This document shows, in pieces, positions 1 to 9,988 of a DNA stretch of 64,000 nt (within the stretch, counting starts at the first letter, position 1; each line of letters begins with the position of its first letter). Origin of the DNA: Planctomycetota bacterium (GTDB lineage: Bacteria > Planctomycetota > B15-G4 > SIAN01). A program made the position numbers and the translations under genes. The notes under the pieces were generated by a model, which saw nothing but the letters and a program-made list of their open reading frames with translations, searched no databases and was not told the DNA's origin. Location of the stretch: NCBI GenBank assembly GCA_031409275.1, contig JANNXA010000050.1, positions 1-64,000 on the forward strand, written 5' to 3'.

Positions 1-128
1 GTGTGCGGCACCGGCCGCTTATCTACCGCTTTCAACGACGGGGGGCGTGGCGTGCGAACCCACTCCCCCCCCCGCTCCACTTTCAACAGCCTGCTGCCGG
101 TCGCGGCAAAGCGCGTCCGATCGACGAG

Positions 129-3100
129 TCACTTCACGAAGAGCGTCGCGAAGCTCCGCTCGTTCGAGGACTCGTCGTAGAAGAAGTCCTGGTCGGTCAG
201 CGCCTGCGTGCCCGGGTACCAGCGCTCGCCGAAGGAGGCGCTCCCCAGCGTGACCGGCGACAGCGTCACCGCCACGCCGCTGTCGGGCGTCACCACCCAC
301 TTCTCGAAGAAGGCGACGCCGTCGCTGTCGGTCATGCTGAAGGCGAACGCATCGAACCAGTCGCCGAGCGCGGCGAAGCCCTCGGCATCCCAGGCCGCGC
401 TGACCGGAATCCCCACGACGGGTGCACCGTCCTGATCGACGATCGTCACCTTGCCGTGAACCAGGGCGAGCCCGTCGCGCTGCTCCGCCACTTCGACGGA
501 GATCTCGCTCACGTGCAGGAACGGCGTGAATGTCGACAGCTCGCCTTGATCGAAGCTCCCCGTGTTGCCGTTGCGATCGATCGCGGTGATCGAGTAGGTG
601 AGCGAGGCGCCGGCGGGAAGCCCATCGACGACCACGCCGTGGAGGACGCGTAGCTCATCGGAGCGCGCGACCGCCACCTCGGTCCCCGCCTCGTCACGAA
701 CGCTGATGAGCAGCGTCGCCGGCTCGTCGACCACTGCCCAGATCGTCGCGCTCTCGACGAAGCTGAACAGCACGCCCTGGCCCGTCACCGTCGGCTTCAC
801 GCTGTCGGCGAGTCGCGCGTCGGCGATCAGCGGATCGCCACTCAACACGAAGAGCTCGGCGAAGTCGCTGTAACCATCGTCATCACTGTCGGGGTCGCTC
901 GGATCGGTCCGGTAGCCCGCCCATTCGAGGTAGTCGAGCAGCCCATCCTCATCCTGGTCGATCCCGAGCCGGCGTCCGTGAGTAGGCAGCACGCACGTGA
1001 ACTGCACCTCCGCGCCACCCGGCTCGACATAGAGCGCGAGCAGGTCGTCGCGGGTGAGCACTCCCCCGTTGTCGATCCACCACTGCGGCGAGCCGTCCGG
1101 CGACGGTGAGAAGAGGCCGCCATGCGGTTCACGGCCGCTGGCGCTCCACACCCAGCCCTTGCCGATCACGTCGCACTCGCCGCGCAACGCCGCCGCCTCG
1201 GCGCGATCGAGCCACGCCTTCGCCTCCGGCAAGTGGCCGGCGGTGGCGAGGAACTGCTCCCCGACGATCGGGGCGACGCCAGTATCGAACTGGTTGGTGA
1301 ACTCGATCATCGCGGCGAACTTCTGCGGGTCGGAGTTCACCAGGTCGAACACCGGTTCGCTGAGGAAACCGCGGACCCCCGCCATCGAGCCCTCGTGCAG
1401 CGTGCCGAAGCCGGTCAGTTCCGGGTGGTTCTTCTCGTAGATCGAACGCAACAACGACGGGTTGAACAGCGAATCACCGCCATCCTCCACCACGAAGAGC
1501 GCGCTGCCCGTGAAGTTGCCGCGCGCGAAATCGGCGAAGTGGCACGTATCGCAGCGCAGCCCCGGCAGAGCGCTCGAATAGGCGTCACCCGGAGCATCGC
1601 CCTCGCCGAACGCGAGGCGCCCGGCGTCCGCCACGGGCCCGTAGACGCGCTCCTTGGGCTGGAACGGATTGGGCCGATGCGCCAGCGTGCCGACGAACGT
1701 CGTGTAGGCCTGCATCTCGGCGGAGGAGATGCCGTTGCCACCGAGCAGCGATCGGAACGCGCCGCGGAAAGCCTGGAACGCTCGGCGGTCGCCACGCCAG
1801 TGGAGCGGCTCATCGCCGGCGATCCCGCGCAGCGACTGCGTCACCATCGGCCCCTTCATCGGATGGACGATCGACACCAGCGGGCTGTGGACCGGCAACA
1901 TCGGTTCGGCCGGGAAATGCGAGTCGGGATAGATCGGGCTCAACCCGCCTTCCGGGTTGCCGAGGTCCCACGCCATCTGGTCCTGATGGCCGAAGAGATG
2001 GCATGACGCGCACGACGCGTTGCCGGTGCCGCGTCCGGAAGCGGTCGTCGCGCCGTAGAGCGTGCGTCGTCCGGCTGCGATCAGCGGGGGTTCCGGGTTG
2101 TAGTCGAGCGGCTGCACCAGGAGTTCCGTGCCGCCATGGTCGACGTCGAACGCGCGCAGCGTCGAGTCGCCCCGGCAGTAGGCGAACAGCACGCCGCGCG
2201 TCGCATCGAACGCGAGCCCCATCGGCAGGTCGCCGGCGGCAAACGCCTGGCCCACGCCGCTGGCCGGATCGAGCGCGACGATGCTCGAAGAGCCGAGCGT
2301 CGCCACGAAGACGCGACCGGTCGCCTTGCGTTCATCGAAGGCGATCGCCACGGGCTGCGCGTGCTCGGCGGAAGTGACGGGCGGCGCGAGTTCGAAGGTC
2401 TGCTGAACCGTCATGGCGCCCGCGCCGGACAGCTTGACGACGACGTTGCGCATCGGCGTGCCGCGCAGCTCCGGCTCGAAACGAACGAGGTTCCGGCCGA
2501 TCGTGCCGGCGACCCACAGCTCATCCGTGGCTCCCGGGCGCCGTTCCAGCGCGAGGATCGAGCCGGCCACGCCTCTGGCGTGCGCCACGGCGGCCAGCGT
2601 CGCCGTGTCGATGGCGATCACGTCGTGGTCGTCGGGGTGGAAGCTCGCGTCCGGGTGGCTCGACGGCACGATGCGGCCGGCACCAGGGATGCGCCATCCA
2701 TCGAAGAGCGGCCGGTTGAGGAGGAGCTGCAGGAAGTTCGAGAGCTCGTTCCAGATCGGGCTGGTCAGGATCGGGTTGACGGTGAACGTCTCGCCGGGCT
2801 CCGCGACCTCCTGGCGCAATCCCATCGAGACCGCGCGATCGATGCGGATCACCGACGTGTCGTTGCCGGAATTCTGCGGCGCCACGAAGAGGCGCGAGCC
2901 ATCGGCGCTCACGGCGAGCGAGCGCGGCGTGTGGCCGTGGATCGGGACGACATGGAGCTGCGGCGCGTTCGCCGGCGAAGCGAGGTCCCACACGACGACG
3001 ACGTTCTCGGGCGTCGTTTCCGATGTCCCGCCAGGGACCCAGTCGATCTGGGCGCGCGCGCACCCGACGAAGAGTCGACCGGCCGCGACGGCGACATCGT

Positions 3101-3506
3101 GCGGCTCATCGCCGACCCGGACACTGCCGGTCACGACGCGATCGTCGAGATCGACGACACTGATCGAATCGGAGAGTTCATTGGCGACGTAGGCGATGGC
3201 GGGATCGGCGGGATCGAGCGCGATGGCGACCGGATCGAGGCCGGTGAAGACCGACCCCTCGAACGTCAGCGCCACCGCCGTGCCAGCGCCGCCGACCGCC
3301 CAGATCTCGAGTCGATCGTCGCCCGGATTGACCACCAGCAGACGTCGCCCATCGGGGGTCAGCCGAAGCGGAGCGACCGGCCCCGATTCGAAATGGAAGT
3401 ACGGCACGGCGCTCGTCGAGACCACCTGCGCTCGCGTCGGCGCCGCGAAGGCTGCGCAGGCGAACAGCACCGAGAGGCTCGCGAAACAGCCCTTGGATCG
3501 ATTCAT
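129..3506 (-). CDS. Secreted beta-propeller (YncE-like) plus di-heme cytochrome c (peroxidase/MauG-like) multidomain protein
   Basis: Signal peptide (SLSVLFACAAFA). N-terminal YVTN-type blades (YVANELSDSISVVDL, VGDEPHDVAV). Two CxxCH motifs (CASCH, CDTCH) and a PLHWRGDR motif. Acidic Ca-binding-like repeats (DQDEDGLLD, DPDSDDDGYSD). C-terminal beta-sandwich-like regions. Confidence 0.75.
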   Translation of the reverse strand: MNRSKGCFASLSVLFACAAFAAPTRAQVVSTSAVPYFHFESGPVAPLRLTPDGRRLLVVNPGDDRLEIWAVGGAGTAVALTFEGSVFTGLDPVAIALDPADPAIAYVANELSDSISVVDLDDRVVTGSVRVGDEPHDVAVAAGRLFVGCARAQIDWVPGGTSETTPENVVVVWDLASPANAPQLHVVPIHGHTPRSLAVSADGSRLFVAPQNSGNDTSVIRIDRAVSMGLRQEVAEPGETFTVNPILTSPIWNELSNFLQLLLNRPLFDGWRIPGAGRIVPSSHPDASFHPDDHDVIAIDTATLAAVAHARGVAGSILALERRPGATDELWVAGTIGRNLVRFEPELRGTPMRNVVVKLSGAGAMTVQQTFELAPPVTSAEHAQPVAIAFDERKATGRVFVATLGSSSIVALDPASGVGQAFAAGDLPMGLAFDATRGVLFAYCRGDSTLRAFDVDHGGTELLVQPLDYNPEPPLIAAGRRTLYGATTASGRGTGNASCASCHLFGHQDQMAWDLGNPEGGLSPIYPDSHFPAEPMLPVHSPLVSIVHPMKGPMVTQSLRGIAGDEPLHWRGDRRAFQAFRGAFRSLLGGNGISSAEMQAYTTFVGTLAHRPNPFQPKERVYGPVADAGRLAFGEGDAPGDAYSSALPGLRCDTCHFADFARGNFTGSALFVVEDGGDSLFNPSLLRSIYEKNHPELTGFGTLHEGSMAGVRGFLSEPVFDLVNSDPQKFAAMIEFTNQFDTGVAPIVGEQFLATAGHLPEAKAWLDRAEAAALRGECDVIGKGWVWSASGREPHGGLFSPSPDGSPQWWIDNGGVLTRDDLLALYVEPGGAEVQFTCVLPTHGRRLGIDQDEDGLLDYLEWAGYRTDPSDPDSDDDGYSDFAELFVLSGDPLIADARLADSVKPTVTGQGVLFSFVESATIWAVVDEPATLLISVRDEAGTEVAVARSDELRVLHGVVVDGLPAGASLTYSITAIDRNGNTGSFDQGELSTFTPFLHVSEISVEVAEQRDGLALVHGKVTIVDQDGAPVVGIPVSAAWDAEGFAALGDWFDAFAFSMTDSDGVAFFEKWVVTPDSGVAVTLSPVTLGSASFGERWYPGTQALTDQDFFYDESSNERSFATLFVK

Positions 3507-3928
3507 GGAACGACTCCGCGCGGGGTCAGGGAGAAGATCGAGGCGTCGGAGCCATTGGCGTCGGCGAGGGCCGGTTGCGTTTCAGAACGCTGAACCGAAT
3601 GGACGCGTCACGTCGAGACCGAGAGCGGACGCCCAGGACGAGGAGGCCGAAGCAGGCGACTCCGAAGAGTCGCCGATGGAGGCCGACGAGGTCATGGGTC
3701 GCCGCGGCCGGTCGAACGCTGCGGACATTCCGTGAGGCGCTCTCGATCCCCGGGCGCCATTTCGATGAAACGCCTCGAACGAGCTGCGACGTGAATTCAT
3801 TTCGGGCACGCCACCGCGTGCCCTCGCCAGCGGACGGCCAGGCGTTGCGCGTTCTCCGGACGCCAGCTACATCCATCGCACCGGCTGCGTCGCCCGCCGC
3901 ACCTCGCCATCCACTACGGAGCTCCTCG

Positions 3929-5602
3929 ATGGTTCGCGCGCTGCTCTCCACCTCGGTCGCGCTGCTTGCCGCCGCGACGGTCGCGCACGCGCAAGCGACC
4001 TACTACGGACCGAGCGAACTGCGCGTGTACGACGACGCGATCGGCACCCTCTCCGGTTTCACTCGCTGCGAGCCCGGCCAGATCGACCGCGACTGCGCCG
4101 TCGATTTCGTGACGCTGCGCGATCGCACGCTCTTCGTCACGCTCTCGCCCGAATTCTTCGGGAACGTCGCGCTGACCGTCCATGAGGACGCCACGGACTT
4201 CGCCGTGCTCCCCTCCGGCCGCACCGACGTCGCCGACTCGCTGCTCGTCGCCGCGCCGGATGGCCTCTTCCTCGCAACGCTGCCGGAACTCGAGGAGTCG
4301 TTCCGACTCGATCGGATCGCGTTCGATCGCGAGCTGTTGCGCCTTCGAGTGGCCGACTTCGACGGTGATGGCGACCTCGAACTCTTCGCGCTGCGCGTCG
4401 GCGGGCGCGTTGACGTCAGCGATCCCAGCTCCGGAGCCTTCGTCGCCGCCTTCGAAGTTCCCGTCGACAGCGACGACTTCGTGGTGCTCCGCTTCGAGCC
4501 GGCATGCGCGCTCGCGCAGGTCGCCGCTCGCCATCCCGACGGCGTCGAGGTGCGCGCGGTCGACCGCGCGACGCCGCTCCTCGTCATCGAGGATGAGCCC
4601 GACCTCTCACTCCTCGCCCGGACGCGCAGCGTCGATGGCCGCGATGGGCTCGTGCGCGTGATCCAGCGCCAGCTCCCCGACGAGCCCTACGCCCATCAGT
4701 GGCTCAGCGTCCACTGGAGCGACCGCAGCGAGCCGCCGATCGACCTCGGATGGACCGAGTGCTCGAGCCTGGTGCCGGTCGACATCGAGCGCGATGGTGA
4801 CGACGATCTCATGGTCGGCGTGCACTGGTCGTACGACGCGCTGCTGCTCGTGAACGAGAGCCGCGCGGGAGCGAACGACGACGCGACCTTCTCCGCCAGC
4901 TTCTGCAGCTACATCATCGCTCCGCTCGGGTTGTCGGGCCCGGCCACCGACAACAATGCGATGCCCGCCTTCGGCGACATCGACGGCGACGGCGACCTCG
5001 ACCTCTTCATGAACCTCGAAGCGATCGACGGCTACATGACGATGAAGAGCCCGATCGCCGGCAACGAAGCCGAGCTCGCGCTGATGCCGGCGGCGTCGAC
5101 CTTCCGCCAGCTCGACGATGGCAGCTGGCTGCTCGAGCTGTCGTTGATGGCGCCGCAGCGACTCGACCCGCGCTGCGACTCGCTCGAGATCGCGATGTGG
5201 CGGCAACCCGCCCTCGATGAACTGATCACCCCGGGCACGGTGGAGCGACGCATCGTGCCGATGCCGGCGTTCGACGCCACCGGACACGCGCAGCTCGACT
5301 TCGCCTTCGCGGAAGGCGGCTGGATGGCGGAGATCTCCCACTTCGTCGTGCGCGCCGTCGCCACCGAGGATCGCGCGATCGTCGGCGCCGTGTCGGCCGC
5401 CAACTTCGCCTTCACCACGGATGAGGCGACGCGTACCGAGCTGTGCCGTCGCATGGGCGAGACCGAGTGGACGGAGGTGATCATCGACGGCGCCACCAGC
5501 GCAGGGGGCAAGGGACCGCGCCTCGACGCCTGCGGCGGAACGCTCGGCGGCGGGATCATCTGCTTCCCGTCGCTCTTCCCCTTCGGCGGCCGTCGCCCCT
5601 GA
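3929..5602 (+). CDS. Secreted FG-GAP/VCBS-repeat protein
   Basis: ATG at 3929 gives a signal peptide (MVRALLSTSVALLAAATVAHAQ). Repeats ADFDGDGDLEL, DIERDGDDDL, GDIDGDGDLDL. The track start at 3575 looks over-extended. Confidence 0.75.
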   Translation: MVRALLSTSVALLAAATVAHAQATYYGPSELRVYDDAIGTLSGFTRCEPGQIDRDCAVDFVTLRDRTLFVTLSPEFFGNVALTVHEDATDFAVLPSGRTDVADSLLVAAPDGLFLATLPELEESFRLDRIAFDRELLRLRVADFDGDGDLELFALRVGGRVDVSDPSSGAFVAAFEVPVDSDDFVVLRFEPACALAQVAARHPDGVEVRAVDRATPLLVIEDEPDLSLLARTRSVDGRDGLVRVIQRQLPDEPYAHQWLSVHWSDRSEPPIDLGWTECSSLVPVDIERDGDDDLMVGVHWSYDALLLVNESRAGANDDATFSASFCSYIIAPLGLSGPATDNNAMPAFGDIDGDGDLDLFMNLEAIDGYMTMKSPIAGNEAELALMPAASTFRQLDDGSWLLELSLMAPQRLDPRCDSLEIAMWRQPALDELITPGTVERRIVPMPAFDATGHAQLDFAFAEGGWMAEISHFVVRAVATEDRAIVGAVSAANFAFTTDEATRTELCRRMGETEWTEVIIDGATSAGGKGPRLDACGGTLGGGIICFPSLFPFGGRRP

Positions 5603-5622
5603 GCGTGATCCCGCGCACCGGG

Positions 5623-8600
5623 TCAACGGCGGTTGCCGCTCCGCCGCCTGACCATCGCGACGATCAGGGCGATGACGATCGCGCTTCCGAGCGCGAGCAC
5701 CGCCGCCGCGCCCGGCGCGCGGCCGCTCGCTAACACGCGAGTCGCGGTTGGCGTTGCGGGAGCGAAGCGACCGCGCTCGAACAGCGGCTCGTGGCCGAGG
5801 CCCACCACGCGGAACAGCGCGGCCACGCGGCGCGCTTCGGGGTCGACGCTGCTCGACGCCGTCGCGAGCGCTCCAGCGAGACTGGCACCGCGTGCCAGCT
5901 CTCCATGCACGGCCGCCATCAGGCGCGCCGTCGCGGCGGCCGGAACCGAGGCATGCGTCAGCAAGACGCTGCGAGCCCCGCGCGCAAGGAACGCTCCTCC
6001 GAGATCGCTGATGCCCTCATCCCCGATCCGGCGTGGCCCGCGACCGGCGTTGCACGTGGCGAGGATCACCGCATCGACCGCGCCATCCAAGGGCGCAAGC
6101 TGATCGCACCAAAGCACCTCGAGCCCGCCGCGACCGTCGGTGAGCTGCAATCCAGCGGGACGACGGCGCGCCGCATCGAAACTGCCGTGCGTGAAACAGT
6201 GCAGCAGCGTCACGCCCTGACCGAGCGCCGCCGCGAGCGCGGTGCGAGTTGCCGCCGGCCCCTCGAGCGCCAGGAGGCGGCCGCCGGCGAACTCGTCGCG
6301 CAGTCGCAGCTGCGCCACGAGTCCGGGCGAGAGCTCGCGCGGATCGCTGGCAATCGCTGGCGCAGCGATCCATGCGACGTCGAGCGCCGCGCGCACGCGT
6401 GGCCTGGCCTCGATCGCGGCACCGACCACGGCGGAAGGCAGCCAGCTCACGGGCAGCTTGGGGCCAAGCAGGAGTCCCATCGGGAGCGCCGCCAGCGGCT
6501 CCCCGACCACGACGTCCACCGCGCTCCAGCCACGAACTCTCGCCGCCAACGGCTCGGGCAGGAGCGCCGCGCGCGCGGCCTCGACCTGCGCCGCGAACTC
6601 CGCCTCGAACTCCGCCGTCGGCGCGGTCGTGACCGCGAGCTGCAGGCTCACATCGAGTTCATCGGCCAACGCCACGAGCCGAAGTTCGTTCGCGATCGGT
6701 GCGAGCGCGGCGCCGTCGCCATCGATCACGACGACCTGCGATCCGATCCAGCTCGGCAGGTAGAGGAGCAAGCCGCGACCCGGCGCGAGCGGGCGATCGG
6801 CGGGAACGGGTGCCGAGGAGATCGCGCGCGCCACCGAACCGAGCGCGCCGATCTCGTCGAGTCGCGCCAGTGCCGAGCGGCCGTCGGGTTCGAGGCGAAG
6901 CTCGAGCGCGACCAGAGCGCCGACCAGCATGCGACGGCTGGCGAGCTGCAGGAAACCGACGCCCCCCTCGCGCGGTGCGATGCGCCGCCATTCGTCGCTC
7001 CAGGCGGAAAGCGCCGCCCGCGCTCCATTGCGTCGTTCACGCAGTTCCGAGTCGGAGGCTTCGAGTCGCAAGGCCGCATGCGCCAGGAGCGTCTCGCGCA
7101 GCGGACGCGCCAGCACGCCGAGCCCAGACGCGCGACTTCCCGTCAGGCTCGCGTCGACTCTCGCGACCGCGGCGCGCGCGCCGACGGGGTCGCCGTCCAG
7201 CAACGCGATCAGCGCCAGCAGCAACTCGCCGTCGACGCGATCGGGAGCACGCAGGCGCGGATCGGCAAGCGCCAGTTCCAACGTCGCGCGCGAGGCGCGG
7301 GCGGATGGCGTCGCCGAGCTCTCTTCCTGCAACAGCTTCACGTGGGCGAGACGAATCAACAGCCGCGCCCGCGCGAACGGCGCTTGCGACGTCAGGGTCG
7401 GCCGCGCCAGCGTCTCCTCCAGCAGCGCCGCGGCGCCCGCAAGATCGCGCGTTCGTTCCAGGAGATCGGCGCGGTGGAACGAGGCGGCCACGCGCGAAGC
7501 GACCGCCAGTGTCTTCGTCCCGCTCCACTCGCGCTCGATCCACTCGGCTGCCAGCTCGAGCATCCCAAGGTCGCCGTACGCGATGCCGAGCTCTCCCGCC
7601 GCCCGCGCCTCGATCTCCGGGTCGCCGTGCGGCGCAGCGGCTCGCGTCAGCAGTTCGAGGCACTCCTCCCAGCGTCCGAGGCGGCGCAACGCCACGGCGG
7701 CCATGAGATGCGCGCCGTCGGCGACAACGCCTTCTTCGGCGAGCATGGGCAACAGCGAGTCGAGCAGCGATCCGGCGGCCACGAGGTCGCCGCGCTGGAT
7801 CTGGGCATCGACGAGGCTGGCGAGCACGCGCCGACGAAGCGCGGGATCGGCCAGCGACGCGCCGAGTTCGGCGGCGCCTTCGAGCGCGCCCAGCAGGTCC
7901 GCCTCGTCGTGCCGACTCGCGAAGGTGAAGCGCAACGCGAGGTCGCTCGCTTGCGCGAGGCTCGCCACCAACGCGGGCGAAGCGCCTCGCCGCGCGCGCT
8001 GAGCGAGTTCCGGCCACTCGCTCGCACCACGCGCTCGCGCCGCCGCGCGGAGGGCCGCGCGCCGCGCGATCGGCAGCGCGTGTTGCTCGGCGAACAGGTC
8101 GATTCGCCACGGCAGCGCTTCCGGCGCGAGGTCGCTCCACGGCGTGGCGCGATCCCACGCCGACAGCGCCTCGTCGACCACCGGCTCGGGATCGAGCAGC
8201 GGCGGCAGCTGAGGGTCACGCCGCGCCGCCGCGGCCGCTCGCTGGAGCGTGCGTGCCGCGAGGAGCTGCAGCGCCGCCGCAACCTCGTCCGTGCACGCTT
8301 CACGCGCGACATGCGCCTCCACGAGCGCCCGACGGTCGGGCACGCGCGCCGGCAGGCGATCGCCCTGGCACTCCTCGAACATCACCTCCAGATGCGCGAG
8401 CAACGTGTCGCGATCGAACTCCGGCAGATCGCGATCGGCGACGAGCGCGCTCCACTCCTCGGCGAACGGCGGGGCGAACGCGGACGCGGGGGGCGACTCG
8501 AACAGCCACGCGAACGCGACGTCGGCGAGCTCGTCGGCGGCGCGGCGCACCGACGCAGCCTCTTCGCTCCGCAGTTCCTTCTCGAGCTGCGCGACCCGCT

Positions 8601-8682
8601 CGAACGCGAACTCGGTCGACGGCGGCGGCGGCGACTGCGCCACGCCGCGGCTCGACGCCAACGCGGCGACCAGTCCGATCAA
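5623..8682 (-). CDS. TPR-like/CHAT (caspase-like) protease with C-terminal membrane anchor
   Basis: CHAT dyad motifs LHCFTHG (His codon 6187-6189) and VILATCNAG (Cys codon 6052-6054), plus EGISDLGGAFLARGARSVL. Long helical Ala/Leu-rich N-terminal part. C-terminal hydrophobic helix followed by RRR. Proposed TTG start overlaps the upstream stop (TTGA); start uncertain. Confidence 0.8.
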   Translation of the reverse strand: MIGLVAALASSRGVAQSPPPPSTEFAFERVAQLEKELRSEEAASVRRAADELADVAFAWLFESPPASAFAPPFAEEWSALVADRDLPEFDRDTLLAHLEVMFEECQGDRLPARVPDRRALVEAHVAREACTDEVAAALQLLAARTLQRAAAAARRDPQLPPLLDPEPVVDEALSAWDRATPWSDLAPEALPWRIDLFAEQHALPIARRAALRAAARARGASEWPELAQRARRGASPALVASLAQASDLALRFTFASRHDEADLLGALEGAAELGASLADPALRRRVLASLVDAQIQRGDLVAAGSLLDSLLPMLAEEGVVADGAHLMAAVALRRLGRWEECLELLTRAAAPHGDPEIEARAAGELGIAYGDLGMLELAAEWIEREWSGTKTLAVASRVAASFHRADLLERTRDLAGAAALLEETLARPTLTSQAPFARARLLIRLAHVKLLQEESSATPSARASRATLELALADPRLRAPDRVDGELLLALIALLDGDPVGARAAVARVDASLTGSRASGLGVLARPLRETLLAHAALRLEASDSELRERRNGARAALSAWSDEWRRIAPREGGVGFLQLASRRMLVGALVALELRLEPDGRSALARLDEIGALGSVARAISSAPVPADRPLAPGRGLLLYLPSWIGSQVVVIDGDGAALAPIANELRLVALADELDVSLQLAVTTAPTAEFEAEFAAQVEAARAALLPEPLAARVRGWSAVDVVVGEPLAALPMGLLLGPKLPVSWLPSAVVGAAIEARPRVRAALDVAWIAAPAIASDPRELSPGLVAQLRLRDEFAGGRLLALEGPAATRTALAAALGQGVTLLHCFTHGSFDAARRRPAGLQLTDGRGGLEVLWCDQLAPLDGAVDAVILATCNAGRGPRRIGDEGISDLGGAFLARGARSVLLTHASVPAAATARLMAAVHGELARGASLAGALATASSSVDPEARRVAALFRVVGLGHEPLFERGRFAPATPTATRVLASGRAPGAAAVLALGSAIVIALIVAMVRRRSGNRR

Positions 8683-9344
8683 CGCGGGCGCGCGCAGCGC
8701 AGCACTCCGACGGCGAGCACACGGCGGTCCGCGGAGTACGCAACCACCCGCAACGCGACCGCCTCGACTTCGGGCGGCAAGGCGGCGATCTCGGCGGTGC
8801 TTGGCGCGAAGCTCGCGTCTTCCACCCGACGCTCGACCCACGGCGCCGCTCCAGTCGACTCGGGCGCGCGCAACGACACGACGTACCAGCCGTTGGCAGG
8901 CAACTCGAAGCGCCAGCGAAGCGCGACGTCGGCGCCCCATGACGACGGAGCCGGATCGAACTCGACCTTCGCGGCGCCGAGGAAGGTCGGGTCGACCTCC
9001 GAAGGGGTGGACGGTCGCGATTCCGGCCAGAAATGGCGCGCGACGAAGAAGAGCGCGCTGGCAGCCAGCACGGCCGCCGCCCATCGCCAGCGGCGCAGCG
9101 CCACCGGCGGGCGGGTCGGCGCGGCCCACTCGGCGAGCGTGGCTTGCGCGAGTTGACCGAACTGATCGAGCGTCGCCTGCAGCGCGAGCGTCTCCGCGAG
9201 CGCGGCGCGAAAGCTCGGTGATGCCGTTGCACGCGCGGCGACCCGAGGCGCGTCGGGACGCAGTTCCCCCACGGCGACCTGCTCGAGCAACTGGAGGTCG
9301 TCGGCGTCGAGCCCATCCGCTTCATCGGGAGGAACGGCGCTCAC
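8679..9344 (-). CDS. Putative single-pass membrane anti-sigma factor
   Basis: GTG overlaps the sigma stop (GTGA), with GAGGAG upstream. About 80-aa helical N-terminus, TM segment WRWAAAVLAASALFFVA, C-terminal beta-rich domain. Lies directly downstream of an ECF sigma gene. Confidence 0.65.
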   Translation of the reverse strand: MSAVPPDEADGLDADDLQLLEQVAVGELRPDAPRVAARATASPSFRAALAETLALQATLDQFGQLAQATLAEWAAPTRPPVALRRWRWAAAVLAASALFFVARHFWPESRPSTPSEVDPTFLGAAKVEFDPAPSSWGADVALRWRFELPANGWYVVSLRAPESTGAAPWVERRVEDASFAPSTAEIAALPPEVEAVALRVVAYSADRRVLAVGVLRCARPR

Positions 9345-9934
9345 GACGACTCCTCGCGGGGAACGTCTGCCGGCGGCGCGACCTGAAGCCAGTAACGCAA
9401 CTTGAGCAGCGCTCGGTGATAGCGCGTCTTCACGGTGTTGGTGGGTCGCCCGCAGCGCCGACCGATCGCCTCGAAATCGAGTCCCTCGAAATGGCGCAGC
9501 CGGATCAGCGCGGCGTCCTCCTCGGCGAGGCGATCGAGGAGCGACAAGACCTTCTCGACGTCGAAGGGCAGTTCGGTCAGTGCGACGACCGGAGCCTCCG
9601 CCGCGTCGACCAACGGCCGCTCGCGCTCGGCGCGCCGGCGGCCGCGACGCATCGCATTCCTCAGTTCGAGGAAGCAGAACTGGAACACCCAGGTCTCGAG
9701 GCGAGACGCTCCGCTGAACGTGTCGAGCTTCTGCCACACCTTGAGGAGCGTCTCCTGGGCGAGATCGTGGAGGTCGACATCGCTCAGCGGACGGCCGTAG
9801 CGACGATTCAGCGACCCGAGCATCGTCGATACGCACTCCATGCGCGCCGTGAACGCGGCCCGCGCGGCGCCATCGCCCTGGCGGACCGCAGCCACGAGCA
9901 AGGCGTCGTCGCGGTGAGTCGTGTCGCTGCTCAT
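9341..9934 (-). CDS. ECF RNA polymerase sigma factor
   Basis: Region 2 DLAQETLLKVWQKLDTFSGASRLETWVF and region 4 LRHFEGLDFEAIG...NTVKTRYHRA. It is the last 197 aa of the over-extended track ORF 9341..13141. Confidence 0.9.
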   Translation of the reverse strand: MSSDTTHRDDALLVAAVRQGDGAARAAFTARMECVSTMLGSLNRRYGRPLSDVDLHDLAQETLLKVWQKLDTFSGASRLETWVFQFCFLELRNAMRRGRRRAERERPLVDAAEAPVVALTELPFDVEKVLSLLDRLAEEDAALIRLRHFEGLDFEAIGRRCGRPTNTVKTRYHRALLKLRYWLQVAPPADVPREESS

Positions 9935-9988
9935 CGATGCACGTTCGAAGAACCGCTCTCCGTTTCGGGCGAATCGCTCGCCGGCAGG

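Noticed and set aside
5791..9156. Long antisense ORFs (also 25963..29007, 10150..12585, 37896..40403, 45869..47899 and others)
   Set aside because: Shadow ORFs expected from stop-poor, high-GC DNA. They have no motifs and lie opposite well-supported genes.
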